Source of the DNA: Escherichia coli
GTDB taxonomy: Bacteria; Pseudomonadota; Gammaproteobacteria; Enterobacterales; Enterobacteriaceae
Reading direction: 5' to 3' (one strand)
Length of the DNA stretch: 64,000 bases
Assembly: GCF_044324785.1 (NCBI RefSeq)
Contig: NZ_CP172127.1
A program made the position numbers and the translations under genes. Of this stretch, positions 49,426 through 60,683 are shown piece after piece. Under the pieces are notes generated by a model, which was not told where the DNA came from, ran no database searches, and was given only the letters and a program-made list of their open reading frames with translations. Numbering within the stretch: position 1 is the first letter of the stretch; every line of letters begins with the position of its first letter.

Positions 49426-50451
49426 CTACACCGCCTTATTAGGATCAAATGCGTCGCGGACGGCTTCACCAATAAAGATCAGCAAAGACAACAATATCGC
49501 CACCGACAAGAAGGCGGTGATCCCAAGCCACGGGGCCTGAAGGTTATTTTTCCCTTGTAACAGCAGTTCGCCGAGTGACGGTGAACCGAGCGGCAGACCG
49601 AAGCCGAGGAAATCGAGTGAGGTCAGGGTGGTTATCGAACTACATAAAATAAACGGTAAAAAGGTGAGGGTAGCGACCATGGCATTTGGCAACATATGAC
49701 GCAGGATGATACTGCGATCGCTGACGCCAAGCGCCTGCGCCGCGCGGATGTAGTCGAAATTACGGGTACGTAAAAACTCCGCCCGCACCACGCCGACCAG
49801 ACTCATCCAGCCAAACAAGACAGTAATTGCCAGCAGCCACCAGAAGTTAGGCTGTACGACGCTGGAAAGTAAAATAATCAAAAACAGCGTCGGCATCCCC
49901 GACCATACTTCAATAAAGCGTTGTCCCCAGAGATCGACTTTACCGCCGTAATAGCCTTGTAGCGCCCCCGCCAGCACGCCCATCACGCTGGAACAGAGAG
50001 TCAGCATCAGGCCAAACAGAACTGAGATCCGCGTGCCATAGAGAATGCGCGCCAGCACATCGCCGCCATTGGCATCCGTTCCCAGCCAGTTTTGCCGGGA
50101 GGGTGGGGAGGGGAAGGGCTTGTCAGTAGAAAAGTTGATACTGGTAGCGCCAAAGCGAATCGGTGCCCACAGTACCCAGCCTTTATCTTCCAACCGCTGT
50201 TTCAGCCACGGGTCCTGATAATCAGCCTGGCTTGCCAGCGGGCCGCCAAAATCGCTTTCGCTGTAGTTTTTCAACAACGGGAAATACCAACTGCCGTCAT
50301 AACGTACCAGCAACGGTTTATCGTTGGCGATCAGTTCAGAACACAAACTCAAACCAAACAAAACGAGGAAAATCCATAACGACCAGTAGCCGCGACGGTT
50401 ATGACGAAAACGCGCCCAACGGGCCTGATTGACGGGGCTGAGTCGCGACAT
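49426..50451 (-). CDS. yejE: ABC transporter permease YejE, 341 aa
   Basis: Opp/Dpp-type permease, adjacent to yejF and yejB. Confidence 0.9.
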   Translation of the reverse strand: MSRLSPVNQARWARFRHNRRGYWSLWIFLVLFGLSLCSELIANDKPLLVRYDGSWYFPLLKNYSESDFGGPLASQADYQDPWLKQRLEDKGWVLWAPIRFGATSINFSTDKPFPSPPSRQNWLGTDANGGDVLARILYGTRISVLFGLMLTLCSSVMGVLAGALQGYYGGKVDLWGQRFIEVWSGMPTLFLIILLSSVVQPNFWWLLAITVLFGWMSLVGVVRAEFLRTRNFDYIRAAQALGVSDRSIILRHMLPNAMVATLTFLPFILCSSITTLTSLDFLGFGLPLGSPSLGELLLQGKNNLQAPWLGITAFLSVAILLSLLIFIGEAVRDAFDPNKAV

Positions 50452-51545
50452 TAACGTCCCTCAAAATCTATACGCGGATCGACCAGCGTATAGCTGATAT
50501 CACTGACAATATTCAGCAGCAGGCCAATCAGGGTGAAAATATACAAGGTACCAAACATTACAGGATAATCGCGCGAGACGGTCGCTTCGTAGCCCAGTAA
50601 GCCAAGACCATTGAGTGAAAACATCACCTCAATCAGCAGCGAGCCGGTAAAAAACATGCTGATAAACGTCGCCGGAAAACCGGCAATCACCAGCAGCATG
50701 GCGTTGCGGAACACATGTTTCCAGAGAATATTTTTTTCACTTACCCCTTTCGCTCGGGCGGTCACCACGTATTGCTTACGCACTTCATCAAGGAATGAGT
50801 TTTTTGTCAGCATGGTCAGCGCCGCAAAGCCGCCAATCACTGTCGCCAGCACCGGCAGCGTGATATGCCACAGATAATCGGTGATTTTCTGATACCACGG
50901 CAGCGAATCAAAGTTAGCGGAAACCAGGCCGCGCAGAGGGAACAGGTCGAAATAGCTGCCGCCCGCGAAGAAGACAATCAGCAGGATGGCAAACAAAAAG
51001 GCCGGAATGGCGTAGCCGATGATGATAAATGCACTACTCCAGACGTCAAAGCGGCTACCATTATAAACAGCTTTGCGAATGCCTAACGGAATCGACACCA
51101 GATAGATAATCAGCGTGCTCCATAATCCGAGGGTGATGGAAACTGGCAGACTATCTTTAATCAGCGTCAGCACCGAGGCGCTGCGAAAAAGGCTGTCGCC
51201 AAAATCAAAGCGGATGTAGTCCCAGAGCATTTTGAAGTAACGTTCGTGGATCGGCTTATCGAAACCGTAGCGATGAGTGATCTCGGCGATCACTTCTGGA
51301 TCTAATCCGCGTCCACCACGGTAATTACTGTCGCTGATATTGCCGACGCCCGTTTGCGCATGGCTGGCGCGAACACCTTCACCGCTTGCGCCGGGTAATA
51401 CTCCGGCATTACCAAACTCAATGGCGGCGATAGCCTGGTCGACCGGACCGCCAGGCGCAATTTGCACTATGAAAAAGTTGATAGTGATAATCGCCCATAA
51501 CGTTGGGATCACCAGCAACAGACGGCGAATCAGATAAGCGCCCAT
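50451..51545 (-). CDS. yejB: ABC transporter permease YejB, 364 aa
   Basis: Opp/Dpp-type permease. Confidence 0.9.
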   Translation of the reverse strand: MGAYLIRRLLLVIPTLWAIITINFFIVQIAPGGPVDQAIAAIEFGNAGVLPGASGEGVRASHAQTGVGNISDSNYRGGRGLDPEVIAEITHRYGFDKPIHERYFKMLWDYIRFDFGDSLFRSASVLTLIKDSLPVSITLGLWSTLIIYLVSIPLGIRKAVYNGSRFDVWSSAFIIIGYAIPAFLFAILLIVFFAGGSYFDLFPLRGLVSANFDSLPWYQKITDYLWHITLPVLATVIGGFAALTMLTKNSFLDEVRKQYVVTARAKGVSEKNILWKHVFRNAMLLVIAGFPATFISMFFTGSLLIEVMFSLNGLGLLGYEATVSRDYPVMFGTLYIFTLIGLLLNIVSDISYTLVDPRIDFEGR

Positions 51546-53360
51546 CTACTCTCCCTGTTGTCTGGCTGACGGCAGTTTGGCCGCTTTATTAACGTCATAC
51601 CACCAGGTATCGATACCCAGGCTGTAAACAGGGCGTACAGCGGGTTGGGAGAATTTATCCCACCAGGCGAGACGGTCTTCCGCCATATACCACATTGGCA
51701 GCATGTAATAATTCCACGTTAATACGCGATCCAGTGCTCGCCCCAACGGCAGTAATTTTTCTTTATTTCCCTGCGCGGCAATAATTTGATTGATCAGCGA
51801 GTCGATAACCGGGCTTTGCACGCCGGGGGCATTATAAGTGGAATTGATATATTCCGATGACCAGGAAATCTGTAAATCGGAACTGGGCCACGGCATCGCC
51901 CGCCATAGGCGCGGCATCATGTCATAGTCGCGACTGCGCATGCGGTTGGTGATTTGCGAGTTATCCACTTTGCGAATGTCCATGTTGATACCCAGCCGTT
52001 GCAGGCTGTGCTGGAACGGCAATACCCACTGACTATTGCTGCTTGCGGGAAGCAATAATTCAAAGCTGAGCGGCTGACCCGTTGTGGCATTAACGCGTTG
52101 CTGACCCTTCAGCACCCAGCCCGCTTCGTTGAGAAGTTTGTCGGCTTTTAACAGGTTGTCACGATCGTAACCATCGCCTTTGGATACCGGCGGCTGGTAG
52201 ATTTGCGTGAAGACTTCTGGCGGTAGATCTTTTTTCATTGGTGCCAGAAGCACCAGCTCCGCGGCGTCGGGGTAATTTCTGGCCGCGTATTCGGTATTCT
52301 GAAAATAACTGTTCGTGCGACTCCAGGCATTGTAAAACAACGCTTTGTTCATCCATTCAAAGTCAAAGGCGAGAGTGATCGCTTCCCGCACCCGGCGATC
52401 GCTGAATACCGGACGTTGGATATTAAACGCCAGCCAGCGCGTATCCTGGGCTGATTCGTTCTTTTGCTCATCTTTGATGATGTATTTCTTATCGAAATTT
52501 TTACCGGTATAGCGCGTGGCCCAGTTTTTGGCGTCGTTTTCCATACGCAAATCAAAGGCACCGGCTTTAAACGCTTCAAAGGCGACATTATCATCGAGGT
52601 AATAATCGTAGCGAATAGTGTCGAAATTCCAGCGTCCACGGTTTACCGGTAAGTTTGCTGCCCAGTAATCTTTCACGCGGGAATAGACAATATTTTGCCC
52701 CATTTTCCAGGACGTAATTCGGTACGGACCACTGGCAAGCGGAGGCGTGGCGAGCGGGTCGCTAAGTTTGTGATTCTTCCAGTACTTTTCTGGAAATACC
52801 GGCAGCGAAAACAGACTCAGCATATCTTCTTTGCCGGGTTTAGCTAACTCAATACGCACGGTTAATGGTGCAATGGCTTTGACGGTGGTGCCTTTGTAGA
52901 CCAGACGAAATTGCGGCACGCCTTCGGTCATAAATTTTTGAAAAGTAAACTCTACATCGCGGGCAGTAATGGGCGAACCATCATGAAAACGGGCGCGCGG
53001 ATTAATAGCGACCTCCACCCAGGAATAATCGTCAGCATAGCGTGCGCTTTCGGCAATCAGCGGGTAATAACTGCCTGGTTCGTCATCGGAAGTTGTAAAT
53101 AGCGTGTCGTACAGCTGCTCGGTGCGTGCGCCCGGGTTGCCGCGCAGTGCATAGCGGTTGAAATTATCGAAGGTGCCGAGGGCTGACAACGTTATCTGCC
53201 CCCCTTTTGGCGCGGCGGGGTTCACATAATCAAAATGGTTGAAATTAAACGCGTACCGGGGTTCGCCCAGCACGGCAAAGGCATAGCTTTCCTTGATAGC
53301 CTGCGCCTGCGCACCAAAGGTGAACAGAGCGATAAACAGCAGCAGTATGCGCACAATCAT
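51546..53360 (-). CDS. yejA: Periplasmic substrate-binding protein YejA (microcin C / peptide uptake), 604 aa
   Basis: Signal peptide and a family-5 solute-binding protein. The ORF track starts at TTG two codons upstream; start set at MIVRILLL. Confidence 0.88.
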   Translation of the reverse strand: MIVRILLLFIALFTFGAQAQAIKESYAFAVLGEPRYAFNFNHFDYVNPAAPKGGQITLSALGTFDNFNRYALRGNPGARTEQLYDTLFTTSDDEPGSYYPLIAESARYADDYSWVEVAINPRARFHDGSPITARDVEFTFQKFMTEGVPQFRLVYKGTTVKAIAPLTVRIELAKPGKEDMLSLFSLPVFPEKYWKNHKLSDPLATPPLASGPYRITSWKMGQNIVYSRVKDYWAANLPVNRGRWNFDTIRYDYYLDDNVAFEAFKAGAFDLRMENDAKNWATRYTGKNFDKKYIIKDEQKNESAQDTRWLAFNIQRPVFSDRRVREAITLAFDFEWMNKALFYNAWSRTNSYFQNTEYAARNYPDAAELVLLAPMKKDLPPEVFTQIYQPPVSKGDGYDRDNLLKADKLLNEAGWVLKGQQRVNATTGQPLSFELLLPASSNSQWVLPFQHSLQRLGINMDIRKVDNSQITNRMRSRDYDMMPRLWRAMPWPSSDLQISWSSEYINSTYNAPGVQSPVIDSLINQIIAAQGNKEKLLPLGRALDRVLTWNYYMLPMWYMAEDRLAWWDKFSQPAVRPVYSLGIDTWWYDVNKAAKLPSARQQGE

Positions 53361-53441
53361 CTGCAACGGATTTCCTTTTACTCATCATTAGCCGCAATCC
53401 GGCATGCTTTCACTATGAATAATAAGGGACGTAAGCACACC

Positions 53442-54998
53442 TTACCACTGCGGCGTATACGGTTTCTTCAGCCAGCGGACAAAATCGTCCAGCGGTAACG
53501 GGCGACTAATCCAGTAGCCTTGCATGAAATTAACGCCGCGTTCGCTTAGCCATCGCGCCTGTTCCGGCGTTTCGACCCCTTCAGCAACCGTCAGCATATT
53601 GAGACGTTTCGCCAGCGTCAGCACCGCATCAAGTACGGGTGAAGTGATCGTTTCCGTACCGATGGCGTTGATAAATCCACGGTCAATTTTCAGATAATCG
53701 AGCGTAAAACGCTCAAGGTAGATAAGCGCGCTGTGCCCGGTACCGAAGTCATCAATAGCAATTTCTACGCCGACCGAGTGTAGCCAGGCAAAGAGTTGCG
53801 TGGCTTCTTGCTCTTTCAGCATATCGCGCTCGGTAATTTCCAGCACAATCTGGAAATGGTGTGCGGGCAGGGAAGTGAGCAGTTTCTGGATATCTGCTTT
53901 AAAGCTTTCGCTGTGCAGATGGTCCGGCGCAATGTTAATGCCAAATTTGACGCCTACCGGCAGTACTTTTTCTAATTCTGCGGCATCGCGGGCAATCAAC
54001 TCAAACAGGTGCTGAGTCAGTGGCACAATCATCTTTTGCGATTCGGCAAAGTTAATGAAGGCATCCGGGGGTATTTCTCCCGCTACAGGATGCCGCCAGC
54101 GTAGCAGTACTTCCAGGCCCGTTACCCGCAAAGCTTGTGTATCCACCACCGGTTGATACGCCACGTAAAATTGTTCGCGCTTGATGGCGGTCATGATTTC
54201 TCTGCCGGGGCGCATACGTACGCTCATCAGGTAATAGCAAAGCAGGCCAACGACAGTTCCACTCATGCCGCCCAGTAAAAATGCGTACCACACATCGTTC
54301 CATGTCCAGTCATCCGCATAAAGCCGAACGGTCAGAGGAATGCCCGCAATTTTAGTTTCACGGACCGGCATGTCGGTTAATTCATTAACGTTCATCAAAC
54401 GTGAAGAAAAGGTAGATAGCGCAGTATTGCCAATAATGAGGGCGACGCCATCGTAATCTTCCTGCCGTGAACTATAAAAGAGAGAAGGCGTCAGATTGAG
54501 ATTCAGCGCGGCAAACACGCCGCTATTTTTCAGCAAAGGGTTGCGATACCAGATGACGATTGCGGGTTTGTTCGGCACCATCGGCGTGCCGGGTAAGATC
54601 GCCATATCGACGTTTTTATTAATGTCGAGCGCCGGAATCAATTCATTGAGTGGAATGTCCATCTCACCAGTCGCAGATGAACAGAATGTTTTTTTATCTT
54701 TTACCAGCACAAACGTACGGACATTCATGCTAAACGCCGCGCGGGCAGTCAGTTCGGGGTTAGCCTGCTGGCAGGTATCTAAGGTCAGCGGCTGGAGCCG
54801 GTCAGTAGTGGATTTCAGGTCGGCAAAATAGGTATCGAGATACTTTTGTACGTCGGTAATCAGTGTGTCGTATTTGACTTCGTGCTTATGCCAGGCCACT
54901 AAAAACTGAAGGCAGCTCACCAGTATCGCAATCATCACGCCTGCAACAATGCAGGTAAGCAGGAGCTTACGTCCAGAATTGGGAGCGCGTATGAACAT
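53442..54998 (-). CDS. pdeN: CSS-motif EAL-domain c-di-GMP phosphodiesterase PdeN (Rtn), 518 aa
   Basis: N-terminal TM-flanked periplasmic CSS domain and a C-terminal EAL domain. Confidence 0.88.
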   Translation of the reverse strand: MFIRAPNSGRKLLLTCIVAGVMIAILVSCLQFLVAWHKHEVKYDTLITDVQKYLDTYFADLKSTTDRLQPLTLDTCQQANPELTARAAFSMNVRTFVLVKDKKTFCSSATGEMDIPLNELIPALDINKNVDMAILPGTPMVPNKPAIVIWYRNPLLKNSGVFAALNLNLTPSLFYSSRQEDYDGVALIIGNTALSTFSSRLMNVNELTDMPVRETKIAGIPLTVRLYADDWTWNDVWYAFLLGGMSGTVVGLLCYYLMSVRMRPGREIMTAIKREQFYVAYQPVVDTQALRVTGLEVLLRWRHPVAGEIPPDAFINFAESQKMIVPLTQHLFELIARDAAELEKVLPVGVKFGINIAPDHLHSESFKADIQKLLTSLPAHHFQIVLEITERDMLKEQEATQLFAWLHSVGVEIAIDDFGTGHSALIYLERFTLDYLKIDRGFINAIGTETITSPVLDAVLTLAKRLNMLTVAEGVETPEQARWLSERGVNFMQGYWISRPLPLDDFVRWLKKPYTPQW

Positions 54999-55178
54999 GA
55001 TTCCGTTAATTTCCTGAAATTACGACAACATTTAAAAGATAACAATGACCGGACTATAGCCTGGATCAAGACGCGGAAACATCATTTTCTCTGATGAATG
55101 AAAACAAAAAAGCACTGCCTAAGCAGTGCTTTCAGTTAACTCGTCAGGATAGCCAAGGGATTGCATCCAAACGGTTTA

Positions 55179-55745
55179 TTAGCTGCGGCTGAGAACCCGG
55201 CGTGCTTCGTTGTAACGCTTCTTCCAGTACGGTTCATTCATGCTGGAAATAATAACACCACTGCTGGTGGAAGCATGGACAAACTGATTGTTGCCGATAT
55301 AAATACCGACATGGCGTCCCGTTGAACCGGCACGGAACAGAACTAAATCACCCGTACGCAAATTACTGCGGGAAACAGATTTACCCATTTCCTGCTGTTC
55401 GTAAGTCGAACGCGGAAGTTCTAAGCCAAATTGCTCACGGAATGTACGCTGTACGAAACCAGAACAATCGATACCTTTTTTAGTGCTGCCGCCCAGACGA
55501 TAGCGTACGCCTTTCCAGTCAGCATACTGATCCATAATTCGCGATTTTACGTCGACATTACGAACCAGGTTTTCAAATTCATCCTGAGAAGCTTGCAGTG
55601 ATGATGTTTCACTACCCACTGCACGTGTCTCAGGATGCATATTCTTTGCGGTGTTATTTGCACTACATGCAGAAAGCAGAACCGCTACTGCAATCGCGGG
55701 AATCCCGCGCAAGATATATCTCAAAATCGGTTGAGATTTGACCAT
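55179..55745 (-). CDS. mepS: NlpC/P60 peptidoglycan endopeptidase lipoprotein MepS (Spr), 188 aa
   Basis: Lipobox (LLSAC) and NlpC/P60 catalytic Cys (GIDCSGFVQ). Confidence 0.92.
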
Positions 55746-56156
55746 GTTGTTTGTTTTCCCTTGAAGTCCTTAACGACAAATATCGTTATAAAAAAATGCC
55801 AAGCGACATGAGACTAATTACCTGGGCATGTTGAAACAATTCCTTAAGGCCAAATCTGTGGACTAACGCACAAAATTATATGCTGTGAGGATAATCTACC
55901 GCCGAGGCAAAACGAGTTCGAGATTACCCGATTGGTGCGGTCTTGGCGAGCGGTTTTACATGATTTTTTATAAGAAAAAGTGATACAGAAAGTTAATAAA
56001 CGGGATTGGTCAATTAAAGTACGATTGAGTGAAACGCATGCAATCCATTCATTTACTTAGAGAATGATTTTTACGCGCGATGGATGAAAGCACGGTGCGC
56101 ATCATCAGGATTATCCTCACTATAAAAATAACCCTGATGATGTTAATTACTGTGAG

Positions 56157-56870
56157 TTATTTGTTTTGGAAATGTTTGTTTTTTCCCGGTAGTGATTTGT
56201 CAAAAAAGGTGATTAATCGATCACTTAATGGCGTCAGCAACACCCAGGGCAAACCGATCAATATCACGGTCATCGAACCGACAATGATGTCAGTAAACCA
56301 GTGTGCGCCAATCATTACTCTGGGAAACGCAAAAACCACAAAAATAATAAGGGCGATAAGGCCTGCAACTTTGCCGAAATAACGCCACATGAATGCCGAA
56401 AAAATAAGCAGCATCATACCGTGATCGCCGGGAAAGCTATCTCGTGAGGCATCTTTCGTGGGAACAGAGAGCAGTTCGCTGACGCGGTTAATATCGGTAA
56501 AAGTCAATGTTGGGCTGGCCCGTTTTACAGGAATTAATGCCTGACCCAGCTGGTTTAATACCACTGCAGTTAATAGCATGACCAGACCAATAATCACGAT
56601 ACGTCGTCTGCCTGGGGCGTTTTCTTTCAGCCAGAAACTCAGCATCAACATTCCCATCGCCAGCAGTGAACAACCGTCGAAAGCGCGATTGTTGGTCAAT
56701 GCAACCAGCCACAAAAAGGCCTTACTTTCGACCAGTTTCTGATTAAAGAAATAAAAAATATCCGCATCAATCGGCAACCAGAATCCATGATTAACGGGTA
56801 TATACCAGGAAAGAAACAGCGCGAGGCCGACAATATTCAACAACACTATTTGCGGCAAATTTTTAATCAT
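56157..56870 (-). CDS. lpxT: Lipid A 1-diphosphate synthase LpxT (YeiU), PAP2 family, 237 aa
   Basis: MIKNLPQIVLLNIVGLALFLSW... PAP2 membrane phosphatase. Start set at MIKN. Confidence 0.88.
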   Translation of the reverse strand: MIKNLPQIVLLNIVGLALFLSWYIPVNHGFWLPIDADIFYFFNQKLVESKAFLWLVALTNNRAFDGCSLLAMGMLMLSFWLKENAPGRRRIVIIGLVMLLTAVVLNQLGQALIPVKRASPTLTFTDINRVSELLSVPTKDASRDSFPGDHGMMLLIFSAFMWRYFGKVAGLIALIIFVVFAFPRVMIGAHWFTDIIVGSMTVILIGLPWVLLTPLSDRLITFFDKSLPGKNKHFQNK

Positions 56871-56908
56871 ATTTTCTCTAATTATCTTACTGAAAAACGC
56901 AGGCAACC

Positions 56909-57895
56909 TTACGCGGTAGTCGCTAAACGAAGCTTCAACAGCGCGCTCTGCAAGGCATTCCAGTCAGCTTCGCTGCTGGAAATCAGCTCAATACGACTGT
57001 CCGGTGGCGCAACGTTTTGCGTTTCAATGTGCAGGTCATCGCCCTGACGGTTGATTCGCACCAGCCCTTCGGGAATACGCATCACGCCTTTGACGCGTTC
57101 CACCGGTGCAAGTCGCGCCCATTCCAGAATGCCGATGGTGTCGAATACCGTATCAGCGTCGAATATCCAGCCACAGGCCTGATGCCCTTGTCCGCTGTTC
57201 AGACTGCGACGCCAGCGTTGATGCTCTGGCAGGCTTAATGCTGCTAACCCTTTTTTCACGCTATGCTGATGAGAATGCGCGGCGCTGGCGGGCAACTCGG
57301 CTAAATTGCGACGCGGCAAATCCAGAAGATGACCGTCAATTTTCCCATGCTCGCTGTGAATTAATTGCCGATCGCCACCATTTTGCTGCCACCAGCGCTG
57401 TAGCGCTTGCTCACTTTCGGGCGTCGCACGGTCGGATTTATTGGCGACAATAATGTCTGCGGCAGCCAGCTGGTCACGGAAGTTTTCATTGCTGGCGCTT
57501 TTTTCGTCCAGCAGCAGGCGTGGATCGAGAATGCACAACGTGGCGCGCAGATCTATCCACGGTTCATACACGGGCGCGGTTAAGAGATCGAGGATCTGTT
57601 TCGGATGACCCAGCCCGGTCGGCTCTATCAACAAGCGGTCTGGTTTTCCCTGACGCAGTAAGGTATTCAACCCTACCTGCATGGGTAAACCATTAACGCA
57701 GCACATACAGCCGCCGGGGATCTCTTTCAGCAATGCGCCGCTATCGGCGAGCAAAGCACCATCAATTCCGACTTCCCCAAATTCATTAACCAGTACCGCC
57801 CATTTTTCGTTGGGATCTTTATGGGCTAACAGATGAAGAATCGACGTGGTTTTCCCGCTGCCGAGAAAACCGGTGATGAGGTTGGTCCTGGTCAC
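56909..57895 (-). CDS. yeiR: CobW/COG0523-family zinc-associated GTPase YeiR, 328 aa
   Basis: P-loop GFLGSGKTT plus a CxCC motif (GGCMCC). Confidence 0.88.
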   Translation of the reverse strand: MTRTNLITGFLGSGKTTSILHLLAHKDPNEKWAVLVNEFGEVGIDGALLADSGALLKEIPGGCMCCVNGLPMQVGLNTLLRQGKPDRLLIEPTGLGHPKQILDLLTAPVYEPWIDLRATLCILDPRLLLDEKSASNENFRDQLAAADIIVANKSDRATPESEQALQRWWQQNGGDRQLIHSEHGKIDGHLLDLPRRNLAELPASAAHSHQHSVKKGLAALSLPEHQRWRRSLNSGQGHQACGWIFDADTVFDTIGILEWARLAPVERVKGVMRIPEGLVRINRQGDDLHIETQNVAPPDSRIELISSSEADWNALQSALLKLRLATTA

Positions 57896-58012
57896 AACGG
57901 CTCCGCAATACTCTTAAAAGTTAACTGAGCGTTAATCCTGGCTAAAAACGGCAGAAAAGAGAAGGGGAGAGCGGACGAAGGCGAGCTTCATCCGCTTTAA
58001 CCGCAGAAATCG

Positions 58013-59479
58013 TTAAATTTTGAGGGTGTTTAATAGCGCCTGATGCGCGCCGAATTGTGCGATTTGTTGCCAGGCTTGTTCGATGGTCTGCACAAAATGC
58101 GGGTTATCTGGCAGATCATCACCGAAAACTTCACGCAGGGAAAGCAGGGCGGTGACGCGTTGTTCACTGCTGCTGCCCGCAACAAGTTCGCGAATTTTAT
58201 CGCTAAGCGGATCGCGAACATCAATGGCATTTCCGGCATCATCAACGCCGCTGACGTAACGCATCCAGCCTGCAACGCCTAATGCCAGCATCGACCAGTC
58301 CGTTTCGCGCCCCAGATGTATGCGAATACCTGCCAGCATGCGTTGCGGTAATTTCTGGCTACCATCCATTGCGATTTGCCAGGTCTTATGTTTCAGCGCC
58401 GGATTAGCAAAACGTGCAATTAACTTATCCGCATATTGTGTTAAATCGACATCTTTAATTCGCAGTGTCGGCGCTTGCTCATCCAGCATTAATGCTCTGG
58501 CGGCATGGCGAAATGCGCGATCCTGCATGCAATCACTGATATGGGCGAATCCTGAAAGGTAACCCAGATAAGCGAGAAAAGAGTGGCTGCCATTAAGCAT
58601 ACGTAGTTTCATCTCTTCCCATGGCAGGACATCATTCACCATTTGTACACCTGCGACTTCCCAGGCAGGACGCCCAGCGACGAAGTTATCTTCCACCACC
58701 CACTGGATAAACGGTTCGCAGCTAATCGCGCAGGGATCATTCACCCCCAGATGCTGGCTGATTTCCGCCAGTGATTCGTCGGTTGCTGCCGGAACAATAC
58801 GGTCGACCATGGTTCCCGGAAAACTGACGTGTTCTTTTATCCACCCGGCGAGTTCTGGTGAACGTTTTTCCGCCATCCCCAGCACCGCGTTTTTCACCAC
58901 ATGGCCATTGTCGGGAATATTGTCGCAGGAGAGTACGGTAAACGGTGCAAGGCTGCGTTCACGGCGTCGTTTCAGTGCCTCGACGAGAATACCCGGCGCG
59001 GAGTGAGGTTCTTCAGGATTTTGAAGATCGTGAATAATCCGCAGATTGCTGGTGTCGAGTGCACCGGTGGCCGGGTCAATACAATAGCCTTTTTCGGTAA
59101 TCGTCAGGGAAACAATTGCCACCTGTGGCTCGCAAAATTTCTCAATAATTGCCGCTAAGGAATCCAGTTTTGCATTCAGGCATTCGTTAACGGCACCGAC
59201 AATTATCGCCTGATTGCCGTCCGCCCCTTTCTCCAGCACGGTATATAAATGGTTCTGTGCGCGGAGCTGGCTCATCAGTTGATCACCGCTGAACAAGCTG
59301 ATTTCACAGATCCCCCAGTCGCCGCCCTGGGCATTCAGCACACGATCGGTCAGTAACGCCTGATGTGCGCGGTGAAAGGCTCCAAAGCCAAAATGAACGA
59401 TACGTGATTGCAACTGCTGGCGATCGTAGCGTGGAGCGTGTACATGATGCGGGAGCGTAACGGAGGCGATTGTATTCAT
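58013..59479 (-). CDS. yeiQ: Mannitol-dehydrogenase-family oxidoreductase YeiQ, 488 aa
   Basis: MNTIASVTLP... with an N-terminal Rossmann fold (HFGFGAFHRAHQA). Confidence 0.88.
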   Translation of the reverse strand: MNTIASVTLPHHVHAPRYDRQQLQSRIVHFGFGAFHRAHQALLTDRVLNAQGGDWGICEISLFSGDQLMSQLRAQNHLYTVLEKGADGNQAIIVGAVNECLNAKLDSLAAIIEKFCEPQVAIVSLTITEKGYCIDPATGALDTSNLRIIHDLQNPEEPHSAPGILVEALKRRRERSLAPFTVLSCDNIPDNGHVVKNAVLGMAEKRSPELAGWIKEHVSFPGTMVDRIVPAATDESLAEISQHLGVNDPCAISCEPFIQWVVEDNFVAGRPAWEVAGVQMVNDVLPWEEMKLRMLNGSHSFLAYLGYLSGFAHISDCMQDRAFRHAARALMLDEQAPTLRIKDVDLTQYADKLIARFANPALKHKTWQIAMDGSQKLPQRMLAGIRIHLGRETDWSMLALGVAGWMRYVSGVDDAGNAIDVRDPLSDKIRELVAGSSSEQRVTALLSLREVFGDDLPDNPHFVQTIEQAWQQIAQFGAHQALLNTLKI

Positions 59480-59701
59480 AGGAGTCACGTCTTAGTAACG
59501 ATTAATTAACAATGACAGTGTAAAGTTATATGACAGCAATTGAAATTGGTCTGGATTGTTAATGCGATGAAGTGTGAGGGCGATCAATCAACGAGTGAAA
59601 ATTGAGGACGTAAGGTGTTCAGGAAGCGCAAAATAGAAGATTGGTATAATAAATTAAAAAAGGGACAGCCTGAGCTATCCCTTTTCTGCATGCGGCTGAA
59701 G

Positions 59702-60274
59702 TTAGTCAGCACGCCCCATATAACGGCGTTCTTCGATATGGATACGAATTTTTTCGCCCGGGCTTAAGTATTCTGGTACCTGAATCACCAGACCAGTGCT
59801 CAATGTCGCCGGTTTGTTACGGGCGCTGGCAGATGCCCCTTTGATGCCTGGTGCGGTTTCAACGATTTCCAGATCAACGGTCTGCGGCAGCTCAAGCGCC
59901 AGCAGTTGACCGTCCCAGGTCAGCACCTGCATGTCCGGCATGCCGCCCTCAGGCATAAACAGCAACTCTTCTTCAATCTGATCTTTGGTGAAGGTATACG
60001 GGGTATAGTCTTCTTTATCCATAAAGACATATTCGTTGCCATCGACATAGGAGAAGTCAACGTAACGGCGGGTCAGCGTCACGGTGTCAACGATATCATC
60101 ACCTTTGAAACGCTCTTCTACTTTCAGCCCGGTACGGACATCAGAAAAACGCATTTTGTACAGCGTAGCGGCACCGCGGGCAGTGGGCGACTGAATATCA
60201 ATGTCCTTAACCAGCAGCAGTTTGCCGTTGTAATTCAGTACCATACCTTTTTTAATTTCGTTCGCTCTTGGCAT
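59702..60274 (-). CDS. yeiP: Elongation factor P-like protein YeiP, 190 aa
   Basis: [30 protein letters not shown]... EF-P fold. The ORF track's 275-aa version is an upstream extension. Confidence 0.9.
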
Positions 60275-60428
60275 CGAAAAATTCCTGTAGTCGAAAATGT
60301 CAAAAATATCGCGACAAAGTACTCGCGACGGGCCTTTCGGGCAAGTGGTATTCGCACTTTTGCTGGTGCAAAAAAGGTGGTACTGTGCGCGCTCATCAAT
60401 CCGGTGGTTAACCTTAAGAGAACAACGT

Positions 60429-60683
60429 ATGGAATGCCGTCCGGGTTGCGGGGCGTGTTGCACCGCCCCTTCAATTTCCAGCCCTATTCCCGGTATGCCA
60501 GATGGCAAGCCCGCCAATACGCCCTGCATTCAGCTTGATGAACAGCAACGCTGTAAAATTTTCACCTCGCCACTGCGACCGAAAGTTTGTGCGGGCTTAC
60601 AAGCCAGCGCTGAAATGTGCGGTAACTCGCGTCAGCAGGCAATGACCTGGCTTATCGATCTGGAAATGCTGACCGCGCCTTAA
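60429..60683 (+). CDS. yeiW: Cysteine-cluster small protein YeiW, 84 aa
   Basis: [19 protein letters not shown]...C...C...C; 84 aa from the internal ATG; conserved position between yeiP and setB. Confidence 0.75.
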
